Of a DNA stretch of 42,738 nt, positions 26,973 to 36,220 are shown piece after piece (within the stretch, counting starts at the first letter, position 1; each line of letters begins with the position of its first letter). The stretch comes from Armatimonadota bacterium (lineage in GTDB: Bacteria; Armatimonadota; Zipacnadia; JAUWAU01; JBHIEF01). The notes beneath the pieces are model-generated. The model saw only the letters and a list, made by a program, of their open reading frames with translations, did no database searches and was not told where the DNA came from. The stretch lies in NCBI GenBank assembly GCA_046760465.1, contig JBHIEF010000003.1, positions 1-42,738 on the forward strand, given 5' to 3'. A program made the position numbers and the translations under genes.

Positions 26973-29885
26973 ATGGAGCTATACCACGCCACCAACGCAG
27001 TCGGGTTGGCCTCGCTGGCGGCATTGGCCGTACTCGCATTGTCGCCGTCGGCGAGCCAGGGCATCCCCGCCGCGCCGACGGTCTCGATCGTCACAGATAG
27101 CGCACTGGGACCCGGCGCCGCACATGGCCTGGCGAAGGTCCTCTCTGCATTGGAGTCCAAGGGAGTCTCCGTGGAGCAGACAGCATCGCTCCAGGCTGCG
27201 CGCGGGAAGCACTTGATTGTGCTCGGCACTGCCGAGGGCCGGGGACCGGCAGCTAGTTTGCTGAAGGACCTGGGCACCTCCGGGCCGGCGGGGCCAGAAG
27301 CGCTACTCATCCGCCGCGCCAAGTCACACGGTAGGCGAGCACTTCTGGTGGTCGGCTCTGACGATCGCGGCCTCATGTATGCTGAACTCGACGTGGCTGG
27401 CCGGATCGGCTGGGCGCCGGATCCGCGACGCCCGCTGAGCGAGGTTAGAGAAGCCGAAGAACGGGCTGCCGTGGTCGAGCGGGCCGTGTCCAAGTACACC
27501 ATGAACCGGTCCTGCTTTGAGAGCTACTTCTACGACGAGGCCTACTGGGCCAGATACCTAGACATGCTGGCCCAACACCGATTCAACGCCTTTGTACTGA
27601 TCTTCGGCTACGAGAACGCCGGCTACTTCGCGCCGCCGTACCCGTACTTCTTTGATGTCGAAGGCTTCCCAGATGTCCGCGTGGTCGGCATCACGCAGGA
27701 GCAGCAGCGACGCAACCTGGCCGCCCTCAACCGGATCATCGCCATGACTCGGGAACGGGGGCTGGGCTTTAGGCTGGGCATATGGGATCACATCTACCGT
27801 GGCGGCGTGCAAGGCCCGAGCGAACACGCCCGGACGCCCACGCCGGGCCTGGTGTGGGGTCTTAGTGGCGAGAACCTCATCCCGTACACCACGGCCGCGC
27901 TGGCCAAGTTCCTCAACGAGGTGCCCGAGCTGAATGCCATTCAGTTCCGCATGCACGGCGAATCCGGCCTCAAACGAGGCGAGATGGACGAGTTCTGGGA
28001 GGCCATCTATCACGTGGTCAAGGACTCGGGTCGTGAGATCCGCTTTGACGCCAGGGCCAAGAACTTCCCGGATTCGCTGATTGACAAGGCCCTCGACATG
28101 GGGGTCAACATCAGGATCTGCACCAAGTACTGGGCGGAGCAGATGGGCCTCCCCTTCCATCCGACGCACATTAACCGGCAGAACCAGCTAGATCGCCGCC
28201 ACGGGTATGCCGACCTGCTGCGCTACCCGAAGAGGTACCAAATGCACTGGCGCCTATGGAACGGCGGGACGACTCGCATCTTGCTGTGGGGCGACCCGGA
28301 CTACGTCCGGCGCTTCGCCGAGAGCACTCATCTGTACGATGGTGAGGGCTTCGAGATCAACGAACCGGTCGCCACGAAGATGCAGGACCATCCGCACGAC
28401 ATGGCGCCCTTCGAGCTGCTCAGGCCCAAGTACCAGTACTACGACTGGGAATTCGAGCGTTACTGGCATTTCCTCCAGTTGTGGGGGAGGCTTGGCTACA
28501 ACCCAGACACGCCAACGGAGGTCTGGCACCGGGAGTTCGAGCGCCGCTTCGGCAGGGAGGCAGCTCCGTACGTGGAGCGAGGTATCCACCGAGCCAGTCA
28601 GGTACTGCCGCGCATCGTCGCCTACTGCTTCCCATACCATCGCTTCCCCACGACCAGAGGCTGGGTCGAGAAACAACGTCGAGAGGACTTGCCAGGGTAC
28701 GCCAAGGCCGAGCCCAGCGATACCGAGCAGTTCCTGAGCATCGCCGACGCTGCGCGCCGTCGCCTCGAGGGAACGGAGTCCCCCAAGGTGTGGCCCCAAC
28801 AGACCAGTGAGTGGTTTGCGCAGGTGGCGGAGGATGTGCTGGAGTCGGCAGATCAAGCGGAAGCGCGAATCGGCCGGAACGCCGGCAGGGAATTCGTCTC
28901 AACCATGGTGGATCTCAGGATACTGGCCTACCTGGCGCTGTACCATTCGCGGCGGGTACACGCTGGTCTTGGCTGGGTCCTTTTCCAACGCGCGCACGAC
29001 CTGAACGCGCTCGACGATGCGATCGAGCACGAGCGCTCAGCCATTGAGGCCTGGGAGAAGCTCGTGGAGGCGGCTGGGGACGTGTATCACGACGACCTGA
29101 TGATGGGACGCAGAGGCGCGGGCTTGGCAGGCCACTGGAGGGATGAGTTGGTGGAGCTTCAGGAGGGGCTGGCCGAGCTGGTAGACCAGAGGAACAGCTT
29201 CCGCCCCACTGTGACAGGCCCCGGGCCCGCCATCGCCCACGTGCCCGTCCGCAAGGCCCTGCCCGGCAAAGGCCTTGTCGTGCGAGCGACTGTCGGCGGC
29301 CCGAACCCGATCGCGAGCGTGCGAGTGGGCTACGGCACCGGCGGACAAGGCTACCGGTACGCTGCCATGGAGCAGACCGGTGCATTCCTGTACCGCGGAG
29401 TGATCCCGGGCAGTGACGTGCGCAAGGGGCTCGAGTACTTCGTTGAGGCTGCCGACGCGCAGGGCGGGGAAGCTGCCTATCCCGAGCGGCAGTCGCAGGG
29501 GCGAGCGAAGAGCAGCGTTGTTGTCACCGTCACCCGCGACCACCAGCCGCCGACCGTAGTCCACACCCCGATCCGCAGCGCCCCGGCCGAGAAGCCGCTG
29601 GCGGTTACCGCCGACGTGCGCGACCCATCTGGCGTCAAGTGGGTGCGCCTGCGGTACCGCAGCGTCACTCAATTCGAGGACTACCGGACCTTGCCCATGC
29701 TTCCCACCGGCAAGAAGCACCAGTACCAGGCTGTCGTTCCCGGGGCACACGTGGTGCCAGAATGGGACTTCATGTACTTCATTGAGGTCATGGACAACGC
29801 CAGCAACGGCCGCATCCACCCCGACCTCGAGAAGGAGACCCCTTACGTGGTCGTGCGGCTGCAACGGGGCGACGCTGGGCGTTAG
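26973..29885 (+). CDS. Large exported putative glycoside hydrolase-like protein with duplicated C-terminal beta domain
   Basis: Signal peptide; N-terminal domain resembling GH20/67/115 N-domains (PE...I....L.V.GSD.RGLMY); barrel-like core; two C-terminal repeats H.P...A.....L.V.A.V...V...Y...Y...PG....YF.E..D. Confidence 0.6.
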   Translation: MELYHATNAVGLASLAALAVLALSPSASQGIPAAPTVSIVTDSALGPGAAHGLAKVLSALESKGVSVEQTASLQAARGKHLIVLGTAEGRGPAASLLKDLGTSGPAGPEALLIRRAKSHGRRALLVVGSDDRGLMYAELDVAGRIGWAPDPRRPLSEVREAEERAAVVERAVSKYTMNRSCFESYFYDEAYWARYLDMLAQHRFNAFVLIFGYENAGYFAPPYPYFFDVEGFPDVRVVGITQEQQRRNLAALNRIIAMTRERGLGFRLGIWDHIYRGGVQGPSEHARTPTPGLVWGLSGENLIPYTTAALAKFLNEVPELNAIQFRMHGESGLKRGEMDEFWEAIYHVVKDSGREIRFDARAKNFPDSLIDKALDMGVNIRICTKYWAEQMGLPFHPTHINRQNQLDRRHGYADLLRYPKRYQMHWRLWNGGTTRILLWGDPDYVRRFAESTHLYDGEGFEINEPVATKMQDHPHDMAPFELLRPKYQYYDWEFERYWHFLQLWGRLGYNPDTPTEVWHREFERRFGREAAPYVERGIHRASQVLPRIVAYCFPYHRFPTTRGWVEKQRREDLPGYAKAEPSDTEQFLSIADAARRRLEGTESPKVWPQQTSEWFAQVAEDVLESADQAEARIGRNAGREFVSTMVDLRILAYLALYHSRRVHAGLGWVLFQRAHDLNALDDAIEHERSAIEAWEKLVEAAGDVYHDDLMMGRRGAGLAGHWRDELVELQEGLAELVDQRNSFRPTVTGPGPAIAHVPVRKALPGKGLVVRATVGGPNPIASVRVGYGTGGQGYRYAAMEQTGAFLYRGVIPGSDVRKGLEYFVEAADAQGGEAAYPERQSQGRAKSSVVVTVTRDHQPPTVVHTPIRSAPAEKPLAVTADVRDPSGVKWVRLRYRSVTQFEDYRTLPMLPTGKKHQYQAVVPGAHVVPEWDFMYFIEVMDNASNGRIHPDLEKETPYVVVRLQRGDAGR

Positions 29886-29970
29886 CTGAAGCCGCGGGAT
29901 GCCGGGCCGGTGTGGGCTTGCGCCTGGCGTCGCACTGCGCCCCCGCATCATGTCAGGAGAGGAAGAGACC

Positions 29971-31260
29971 ATGGCCAGACGACTCGCCGCCGTCGTGTCC
30001 GTTGTTGTGCTCTTCGGCGTATGCTCGCCGGCCTGGGGCCAGGATGCGAAGCCCTCCCTGGAGTTCGTCGCGCCTGGCGCCGATCAGACACTCGCCGGGT
30101 CAGTCGAGGTGCGCGTGAAGGCCAAGCCGCCCAACGTCGTGCCCTCGCACATGTTCGTCACGCTGGGAGGGCCTCCGTTCGCCCGGATGGCTCGTGTTGG
30201 TGAGACTGACGAGTGGGCTGGCCAGCTCAACACCGCCCTCTATCCCAACGGCCAGAGCCCGCTGATAGTGTTGGCAGCCATGCCGGGCGCGAAGCGGGTG
30301 CAGCAGACCCTCACCGTTCGCGTGGAGAATCCCCTCAAATGCTACTTCGGCGACATTCACAGCCACACGTACAACTCCGACGGCATGCTCTTGCCAGCAG
30401 ATGCGCATGCCTATGCTCGCGACGTGGCCAAGCTGGACTTCTTCGTCCTCACCGACCACCTGGAGGCCGTGGACGAGCTGGAGTGGGCCGACATGCGTGA
30501 GCAGGCATGGAAGGCCAATGAGGACGGAGTATTCGTGGCTTTCCCAGGTCTGGAGTGGACCAAGGGGGCGGGGCACGCCAACCTGCTGGACCCGCCGACG
30601 CGTCTCTGGCCGGCGGACGTGGCGGGCATGTACCAGGCGGTGCGGACCGCTGGCATCATCGGCATGTTCAACCATCCCGGCGATGGCTCGAAGGTGTTCG
30701 ACGCGCTGGCCTATTCGGAGATCGGTGACCAGGCCATGCAGCTAATGGAAGTGCGTCAAGACACGGAGCAGGCGGCTTTCATCCGCGCCTTGAACGCGGG
30801 GTGGCACATCGCGCCCGCGGGCACGGACGACACCCACTCGAACAACTGGGGTAACGCCGGCCGATGGACGGGCATTGTGGCGCCGGGGCTGTCTCGGCGG
30901 AACGTATGGGACGCTCTCAAGGCCCGGCACTGTTACTCGACCCTCGACCGCAACTGCCGGCTGTTCTTCAGAGTGAACGGCGCGCTCATGGGCGAGGTCA
31001 TCGCCCAGCCCTCGCCCAATGCGCAGGTGCTGATTGACATCACCGACCCCGATGAGGGCGATGCGATTGCGAAGATCGAGCTCTACCAGGACGGGGTGGT
31101 GACCCGTGCCGACGAGCCCACGAATGGGCCGACTCGGGTGAGGGCGTCCTACACCTTCGAGCCTGAGCCCGGCGGCCACTACTACTTCGTGAAAGTGACC
31201 CAGGCCGACGGCCAGAAGCTCTGGTCCGCTCCCGTGTGGCTGACCGTGCCAGCACGATAG
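29971..31260 (+). CDS. Exported PHP-domain (CehA/McbA-like) metallohydrolase with N-terminal Ig-like domain
   Basis: GDIHSHT..SDG, LDF...TDH, G.EW, GH, FNHP, DDTH, YY...V.Q..G...WS.PVW. Signal ends AWG-Q. Confidence 0.85.
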   Translation: MARRLAAVVSVVVLFGVCSPAWGQDAKPSLEFVAPGADQTLAGSVEVRVKAKPPNVVPSHMFVTLGGPPFARMARVGETDEWAGQLNTALYPNGQSPLIVLAAMPGAKRVQQTLTVRVENPLKCYFGDIHSHTYNSDGMLLPADAHAYARDVAKLDFFVLTDHLEAVDELEWADMREQAWKANEDGVFVAFPGLEWTKGAGHANLLDPPTRLWPADVAGMYQAVRTAGIIGMFNHPGDGSKVFDALAYSEIGDQAMQLMEVRQDTEQAAFIRALNAGWHIAPAGTDDTHSNNWGNAGRWTGIVAPGLSRRNVWDALKARHCYSTLDRNCRLFFRVNGALMGEVIAQPSPNAQVLIDITDPDEGDAIAKIELYQDGVVTRADEPTNGPTRVRASYTFEPEPGGHYYFVKVTQADGQKLWSAPVWLTVPAR

Positions 31261-31261
31261 C

Positions 31262-33883
31262 CTACTGAACGGTGACCCAGATGGGGGAGGACCACGCGTA
31301 GGCCTCCCCCTCCTGGAACACCCGCAGGTAGTAGTAGTAACCACCCGGCGGGGCGTTGTTGTCCAGGTACTCGAACTCGAGCGTCCGGCCGTTGCCTGGC
31401 GCGGCATAGACGTACCGGTTGTTGCGGATCACCTCGACCTTAGCCAGAGGCGCCGTGCCCTCGATCCTGACCGAGAGCCTGGGTGGGCCAGTGATCGTGA
31501 CCTCGTCGCCCATGAAGGCATTGCCTGCTCGGAAGTCCACCAGAATGCGCTCGCCGCCGCGGAGCGCATAGGCGTGGCGGGCCTTCCAAGCTTTGAGCAC
31601 GGCCTCCCGGGTAAGCTCGGGAGCGAAGACCGCCAGCATGCCGGACTGATAGCCCGATATCCCGCTGTGGCTGTCAGAGCTCCCCACCATCCCGAACCGG
31701 TGTCCCTCGCTCAGACCATACTGGATCGACGTCTTGTCGCCCGTATCATCGCGCGACTGCTTGGGCTTTGCCCGCCAGACTGCGATGGCATGTTGTGGGT
31801 CGTAGGTCTCGTACACGCCGTGGATGCTCGTCATCTCGACCACCGGCTCGACCGACGCGCTGTGCGTATCCCAGTCCATCACTGCCCACCCCGCCCCGAC
31901 GTGGTGAGGCCAGTCAATGGCGCCCTGTGCTCGAAGGAACTCGTGCAACTTGGCCGGCTGGTTGCCGCGTTCGTCGGTGATGCGAAGAATGTCGCTGTAG
32001 TCGCGCAGGAACACGACCGTTCGGTCGCCATAGCGGAACCGCGTGGGGCCGTGTCCAGACCACTCCCAGCCAACGCAAGCAGCGAACTCGGTGGGATCGT
32101 TGAGCACAGCAGCATACGCCTGCTCAACCGTGAATTTGGAGAGCGTCATGGGCGGCCAGTCGTGATCGGAGACGGAAGCGATGTCCAGTTGCGCTGTGTA
32201 CCGGGCGTTGTTGTAGAAGCGGTCTACCCAAGACCTGATGATGCGGTCGGAGGGGAGTTCGGACAGGTGTGTGTGCAGCTCGCCGTAGTAGACGTTGAGC
32301 TCCCGCCCCCCGACCGATACCCGCTTGGTCTCGTGACGTCGGCGTTCCGCCGGCTGCTTTGACAAGAGAGGATCATCGGCCGGAGCTGGCGTCGCAGCGA
32401 CAGTGGTGCTGCTCGCGTAGCCCCTGGGTATGGGCACGCCAAATGTGGCCAGGGCCGACTCGGTACTGTGCCAGACCGTGCCGTCGGGCTGCACCAGTGG
32501 GCCCCGCCATCCCTCCGCCAGCGCTGCGCTCCCGGTCACCGGAGCGGCGCCTCCGGCGATCAGCGCCGCCCGGTAGATGGGCTGTCGGTTGCGCCCGCCG
32601 GCTCGCGAGGAGAACAGCCACAAGCGGCCTGCCCCGTCCACGGCGACCTCGCTTGGGCCGACGTTGCCGATTCGTGCGGCCTCCATGAGCGACGTGGGCG
32701 GTAGCAGGCGCTGTCCTGCGCGCAGGCCCACGCACTTGCCGGAGGCCACCACCCACACCGTACCGGACAGGTCTACGGCAGCGGACGCGTCCATCTCGTC
32801 GGCATCCGAGGCCAGCATTGGCATGGAGGGGGAGGGCGTGTCACCTCTCAGAGATCGTACGAACACGTCGTAGTCGCTCGACCTGCGGTCGAAGGCGTCA
32901 TACGCGAGCCAGACAGTACCCTCTGGCGCGCGGGCCAACACTGGCCGGAAGGACATCTCGTCGCCGTCGGTGATCTCGATCTCGGCACCCCACTCGCCGC
33001 CCCGCCATCGGCGTGCCATGATGCGGAAGGTCCGGTTTGCCCCCGATTGCCACGCCACTACCGGACCCTCCGAGGTGACGACCACGCTGGGCAGTAGATC
33101 GGCGGCGCCCGAGTCCGTCAGGCGATGGGGCTTCTCCGCGTCGTCGCCGTCGAAGTGCCGAGCGTACACATCCCAGTTGCCGCCCTCGAACTGACACCAG
33201 GCGACCCAGAGCCCTCCCGCATTGTCAGCAGCGACCGCCGGGAAGTAGAGCACGCCCGGCCCGGCCAAGTCCGCGACTGGCTCCCACTCCTCCTCCGTCC
33301 AACGACCCAGGACGATCTTCTGGCGGCTGTCCATACTGGTCTCTGGCCCGTCGGTCTCGATCCCCACCGTCCACACGTTTCCCTCCGAGTCGGCGACGAC
33401 CGACCGGCACTCCTGGCGCGGTGTCTTGATGCTGCTTGTGGGCGCTATGCTCACGTTCACCGAGGCGCCCTGCTCGTTGGCTGTCACCTGGAAGGGCGCT
33501 TGCAGGACCTTGCTCAGGGGGAAGCTGAACTCCTTGACCGGCGAGACGAACCGGATAGTCATGTCGGACGGGCCGTCAACGGTGATGATCAGCCCGTCAG
33601 TGCCGCCTTCGGTGAGCCCGCGGAACTTCAGGCTGCGGTCAGTGAGCTCGTGGAACCCCTCTACCCCGCCGTCCATCAGGTAGTTCTCGGCGGCCACCAG
33701 CAGCCCGCCCTCGACGATGATCTGGCCGTCCCATGCGAGCTTAGTCCGGTCGCCACCACCCCACTCCATCTTGATGCGCACCGGCTCTGCGTGAGCGGCT
33801 TGGGCGAGCGTGACCAGGCAGGCTAGACTGCCAGCCCGCACGATCCGGCGCGGCACCATCCTGCACATCCGTGCAGCCAACAT
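31262..33883 (-). CDS. Exported propeller + PHP/DUF3604-like metallohydrolase
   Basis: YGELHTH, SDH, G.EW, PHH, VE..S.HG, G..GSSDSH, YYY.RV.Q....AWSSPIW; propeller repeats (P....D..G.W.AW). GGAGGGG before ATG 33883; the extension to 34405 overlaps the opposite gene and is rejected. Confidence 0.8.
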   Translation of the reverse strand: MLAARMCRMVPRRIVRAGSLACLVTLAQAAHAEPVRIKMEWGGGDRTKLAWDGQIIVEGGLLVAAENYLMDGGVEGFHELTDRSLKFRGLTEGGTDGLIITVDGPSDMTIRFVSPVKEFSFPLSKVLQAPFQVTANEQGASVNVSIAPTSSIKTPRQECRSVVADSEGNVWTVGIETDGPETSMDSRQKIVLGRWTEEEWEPVADLAGPGVLYFPAVAADNAGGLWVAWCQFEGGNWDVYARHFDGDDAEKPHRLTDSGAADLLPSVVVTSEGPVVAWQSGANRTFRIMARRWRGGEWGAEIEITDGDEMSFRPVLARAPEGTVWLAYDAFDRRSSDYDVFVRSLRGDTPSPSMPMLASDADEMDASAAVDLSGTVWVVASGKCVGLRAGQRLLPPTSLMEAARIGNVGPSEVAVDGAGRLWLFSSRAGGRNRQPIYRAALIAGGAAPVTGSAALAEGWRGPLVQPDGTVWHSTESALATFGVPIPRGYASSTTVAATPAPADDPLLSKQPAERRRHETKRVSVGGRELNVYYGELHTHLSELPSDRIIRSWVDRFYNNARYTAQLDIASVSDHDWPPMTLSKFTVEQAYAAVLNDPTEFAACVGWEWSGHGPTRFRYGDRTVVFLRDYSDILRITDERGNQPAKLHEFLRAQGAIDWPHHVGAGWAVMDWDTHSASVEPVVEMTSIHGVYETYDPQHAIAVWRAKPKQSRDDTGDKTSIQYGLSEGHRFGMVGSSDSHSGISGYQSGMLAVFAPELTREAVLKAWKARHAYALRGGERILVDFRAGNAFMGDEVTITGPPRLSVRIEGTAPLAKVEVIRNNRYVYAAPGNGRTLEFEYLDNNAPPGGYYYYLRVFQEGEAYAWSSPIWVTVQ

Positions 33884-34145
33884 GCAACTCCCCTCCGCAG
33901 CTATGGGCCTTCGTATACCGGCGTGACGTGATGCACTTGCTCGGCCGGAGCGTGGATTCCTCCTCCCGCAGAACCCGAAAGCACTGGCCGAGCCCTCGGC
34001 CCGGCCACGCGCAGCCCAGCAGAGCGCCCCCGCTGCTGCGCCGAAAGAGGTTGGCGAGTCGGCGTGGGGGAAGTGAGAGGCCTGGCAGTGGTTGCCTCGT
34101 TCGCTTCGCCGGGGACACCGCAATCTGGCGAGGATGTGGTGTGAC

Positions 34146-35378
34146 ATGTCGGTGCCGCCAAAGGACCGGAGCACCATCCGCGATCTAGCCCAGCGCGTGG
34201 CAGAGGTCGCCGCCCTGCCGGTGCAGCAGGAAAAGGCCGGTCTGTGGCGGCGCCTCAACCGGCTGGAGCCCGTGCGGCCGATGGTCCTGCTACAGAACGC
34301 GACCTGGCACGAGACTGGAGGCCAGATCTCGCTGGAGACCGAGGACGAGTTCGCCCGCCAGCAGGAGTGGAATCTGCGCGCCACGCTGTACCACTGGGAC
34401 CACATGCCCGACGATCACGTGTACGAAGCGAGGGTCTATAGCCCCGTCGTGGTCAGAGACACCGGAATGGGCTTGCGCACGCAGGCCACCGCGCCGAACC
34501 ACGTCTTCGGGGCAAGCCACTACAACTGCATCATCGAGGACGACGCCGATCCGGGCGTGGTTCCGCTGCCGACGGTCACCGTGGACCACGATGAGACCGA
34601 GTTCAGCCACCAGCGCCTCTGTGAGCTCTACGACGGCATCCTGACGGTCGAGAAGCGCGGCGTCAGCGGCCACTGGTTCTCCGTCATGGACCAGTTCATC
34701 CAGTGGCGGGGCATCCAAAAGGCCTTCACGGACATGGTTGATCGGCCGGCGTGGGTGCACGCCTGGCTGGATCGGTTGACAGAGTGGCACCTGGTCCGGC
34801 TGGATCAGTATGAGGAGCTCGGTGTGCTGACGTTGAACAACGGCAACAACGGCGTCGGCCCGGGAGGGCTGGGCTTCACGGACGAGCTGCCTGCGGACGA
34901 CTTCGATGGGACACGCGTGCGCGCCAGGGACCAATGGGGCCACGCCACCACCCAGATCTTCAGCGAAGTCTCTCCCGCCATGCACGACGAGTTCGCGCTG
35001 AGGTACGAGAAGCGATTCCTGGAGCGCTTTGGCCTGGCCAGCTATGGCTGCTGCGAGCCGCTCGACGGCAAGCTGGACATCGTCAAGACCATCCCGCATC
35101 TGCGTCGGGTGAGCATGAGCCCTTGGGTAGACCCGGCGCGGGGCGCAGAGGGACTGGGGAGCGACTACATCTTCTCGTACAAGCCCAACCCGGCGATCAT
35201 CGGCATGGAAGCGTGGGACGAGGAGCTAGTGCGCAAGCAGTTGCGGGACGCGCTGGAGAAGACCCGGGGCTGCGTCGTTGAGGTGATCATGAAAGACCTG
35301 CACACGTGTCGGGGTGAGCCCTGGCGCATGTGGGAGTGGGTACGCATCGCAATGGAACTGGCTGAGGAGTTCGCCTGA
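34146..35378 (+). CDS. UROD/MtaA-CmuA-fold (TIM barrel) conserved protein
   Basis: RG.....D..D.P..VH, VSP.M..EF, YGCCEPL, L...SMSPW, KPNP, E.IMKD motifs. Confidence 0.65.
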   Translation: MSVPPKDRSTIRDLAQRVAEVAALPVQQEKAGLWRRLNRLEPVRPMVLLQNATWHETGGQISLETEDEFARQQEWNLRATLYHWDHMPDDHVYEARVYSPVVVRDTGMGLRTQATAPNHVFGASHYNCIIEDDADPGVVPLPTVTVDHDETEFSHQRLCELYDGILTVEKRGVSGHWFSVMDQFIQWRGIQKAFTDMVDRPAWVHAWLDRLTEWHLVRLDQYEELGVLTLNNGNNGVGPGGLGFTDELPADDFDGTRVRARDQWGHATTQIFSEVSPAMHDEFALRYEKRFLERFGLASYGCCEPLDGKLDIVKTIPHLRRVSMSPWVDPARGAEGLGSDYIFSYKPNPAIIGMEAWDEELVRKQLRDALEKTRGCVVEVIMKDLHTCRGEPWRMWEWVRIAMELAEEFA

Positions 35379-35425
35379 GGCCGCGGAGCGGCCGAACTCC
35401 AGCCACCTCCGGGAGGGCGGCAACG

Positions 35426-36091
35426 TTGGGCTTCGAGCCACAGCCGGAGGTCTTCACCAGAGCGTTCAAGGTCAAGGGCAATATCGTGCACGGGGTAGTA
35501 GGGCTGCTGCTATTCATCGTGCCGCTGTTCGGTGGACTGGGAGGCGCGCTCCTCATCGGACGCAGGTGGGGCGACGCAGCCGGCCTGATGGCGATGGTCG
35601 GCGCCCTGCTCCTGACCGCGGCCGGCATCTACCTCGGTCACCAGAAGGTCCTGCTGATCTACAACTCGGGCTTACGCAGGGACCTCGCCGCGGCTCTGGC
35701 GCGTCGTCTGGGCAGGAATCCCGACGACGGCCGAGCTTACTTCGTGGGCTGGGCGCCCGGCTTGGGCTTCAACCCCAAGGACGGGGACACGGACCACGAC
35801 GTCGGCTTCCTCACGCTTGCCCCTGAGGCGATGACCTTCTTTGGCGATACCACCGCCTTCCAGCTCCACCGAGGTCAGGTGTACACCGTTGAGTGCAAGC
35901 AGGCCGGCATTCCGATCATCATGGACATGGGCTTCCGCATCGGAGTCTACTGGCTGGACGCCTACGGTCAGCAGCAGGCGTTCACCTTGGAGCGTCGCGA
36001 GGGCCGCAACCGATCGGAGGTCAGGCGCAACACCAAGCAGCTGGCTGAACTGCTTCAGCAGTGGCGCGACTACGGCTTCGTGCCCCAGTAG
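35426..36091 (+). CDS. Hypothetical membrane protein (2 TM + soluble domain)
   Basis: GGAGGG before TTG; two hydrophobic helices; typical GC3-rich codon usage; fills the gap between co-oriented genes. Confidence 0.7.
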   Translation: MGFEPQPEVFTRAFKVKGNIVHGVVGLLLFIVPLFGGLGGALLIGRRWGDAAGLMAMVGALLLTAAGIYLGHQKVLLIYNSGLRRDLAAALARRLGRNPDDGRAYFVGWAPGLGFNPKDGDTDHDVGFLTLAPEAMTFFGDTTAFQLHRGQVYTVECKQAGIPIIMDMGFRIGVYWLDAYGQQQAFTLERREGRNRSEVRRNTKQLAELLQQWRDYGFVPQ

Positions 36092-36220
36092 CGCGTCCGC
36101 GGCGCCGTGCTGCTCCTGCTGGAACTCAGGGAGCGCCAAAGGTCTCATTCCTGTGCTCGCAGAATGTCTCTCGCCGTGCAGCCTTGCTCACCTCCCGCTG
36201 GCCCTCAGGAGGCGTCTGGC

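Noticed and set aside
33884-34405. N-terminal extension making a 1047-aa ORF
   Set aside because: Overlaps the divergent UROD-fold gene; a good RBS and signal peptide occur at 33883.
36191-36212. CCTCC able to pair with the melA SD GGAGG
   Set aside because: 5-bp match is expected by chance at this GC content.
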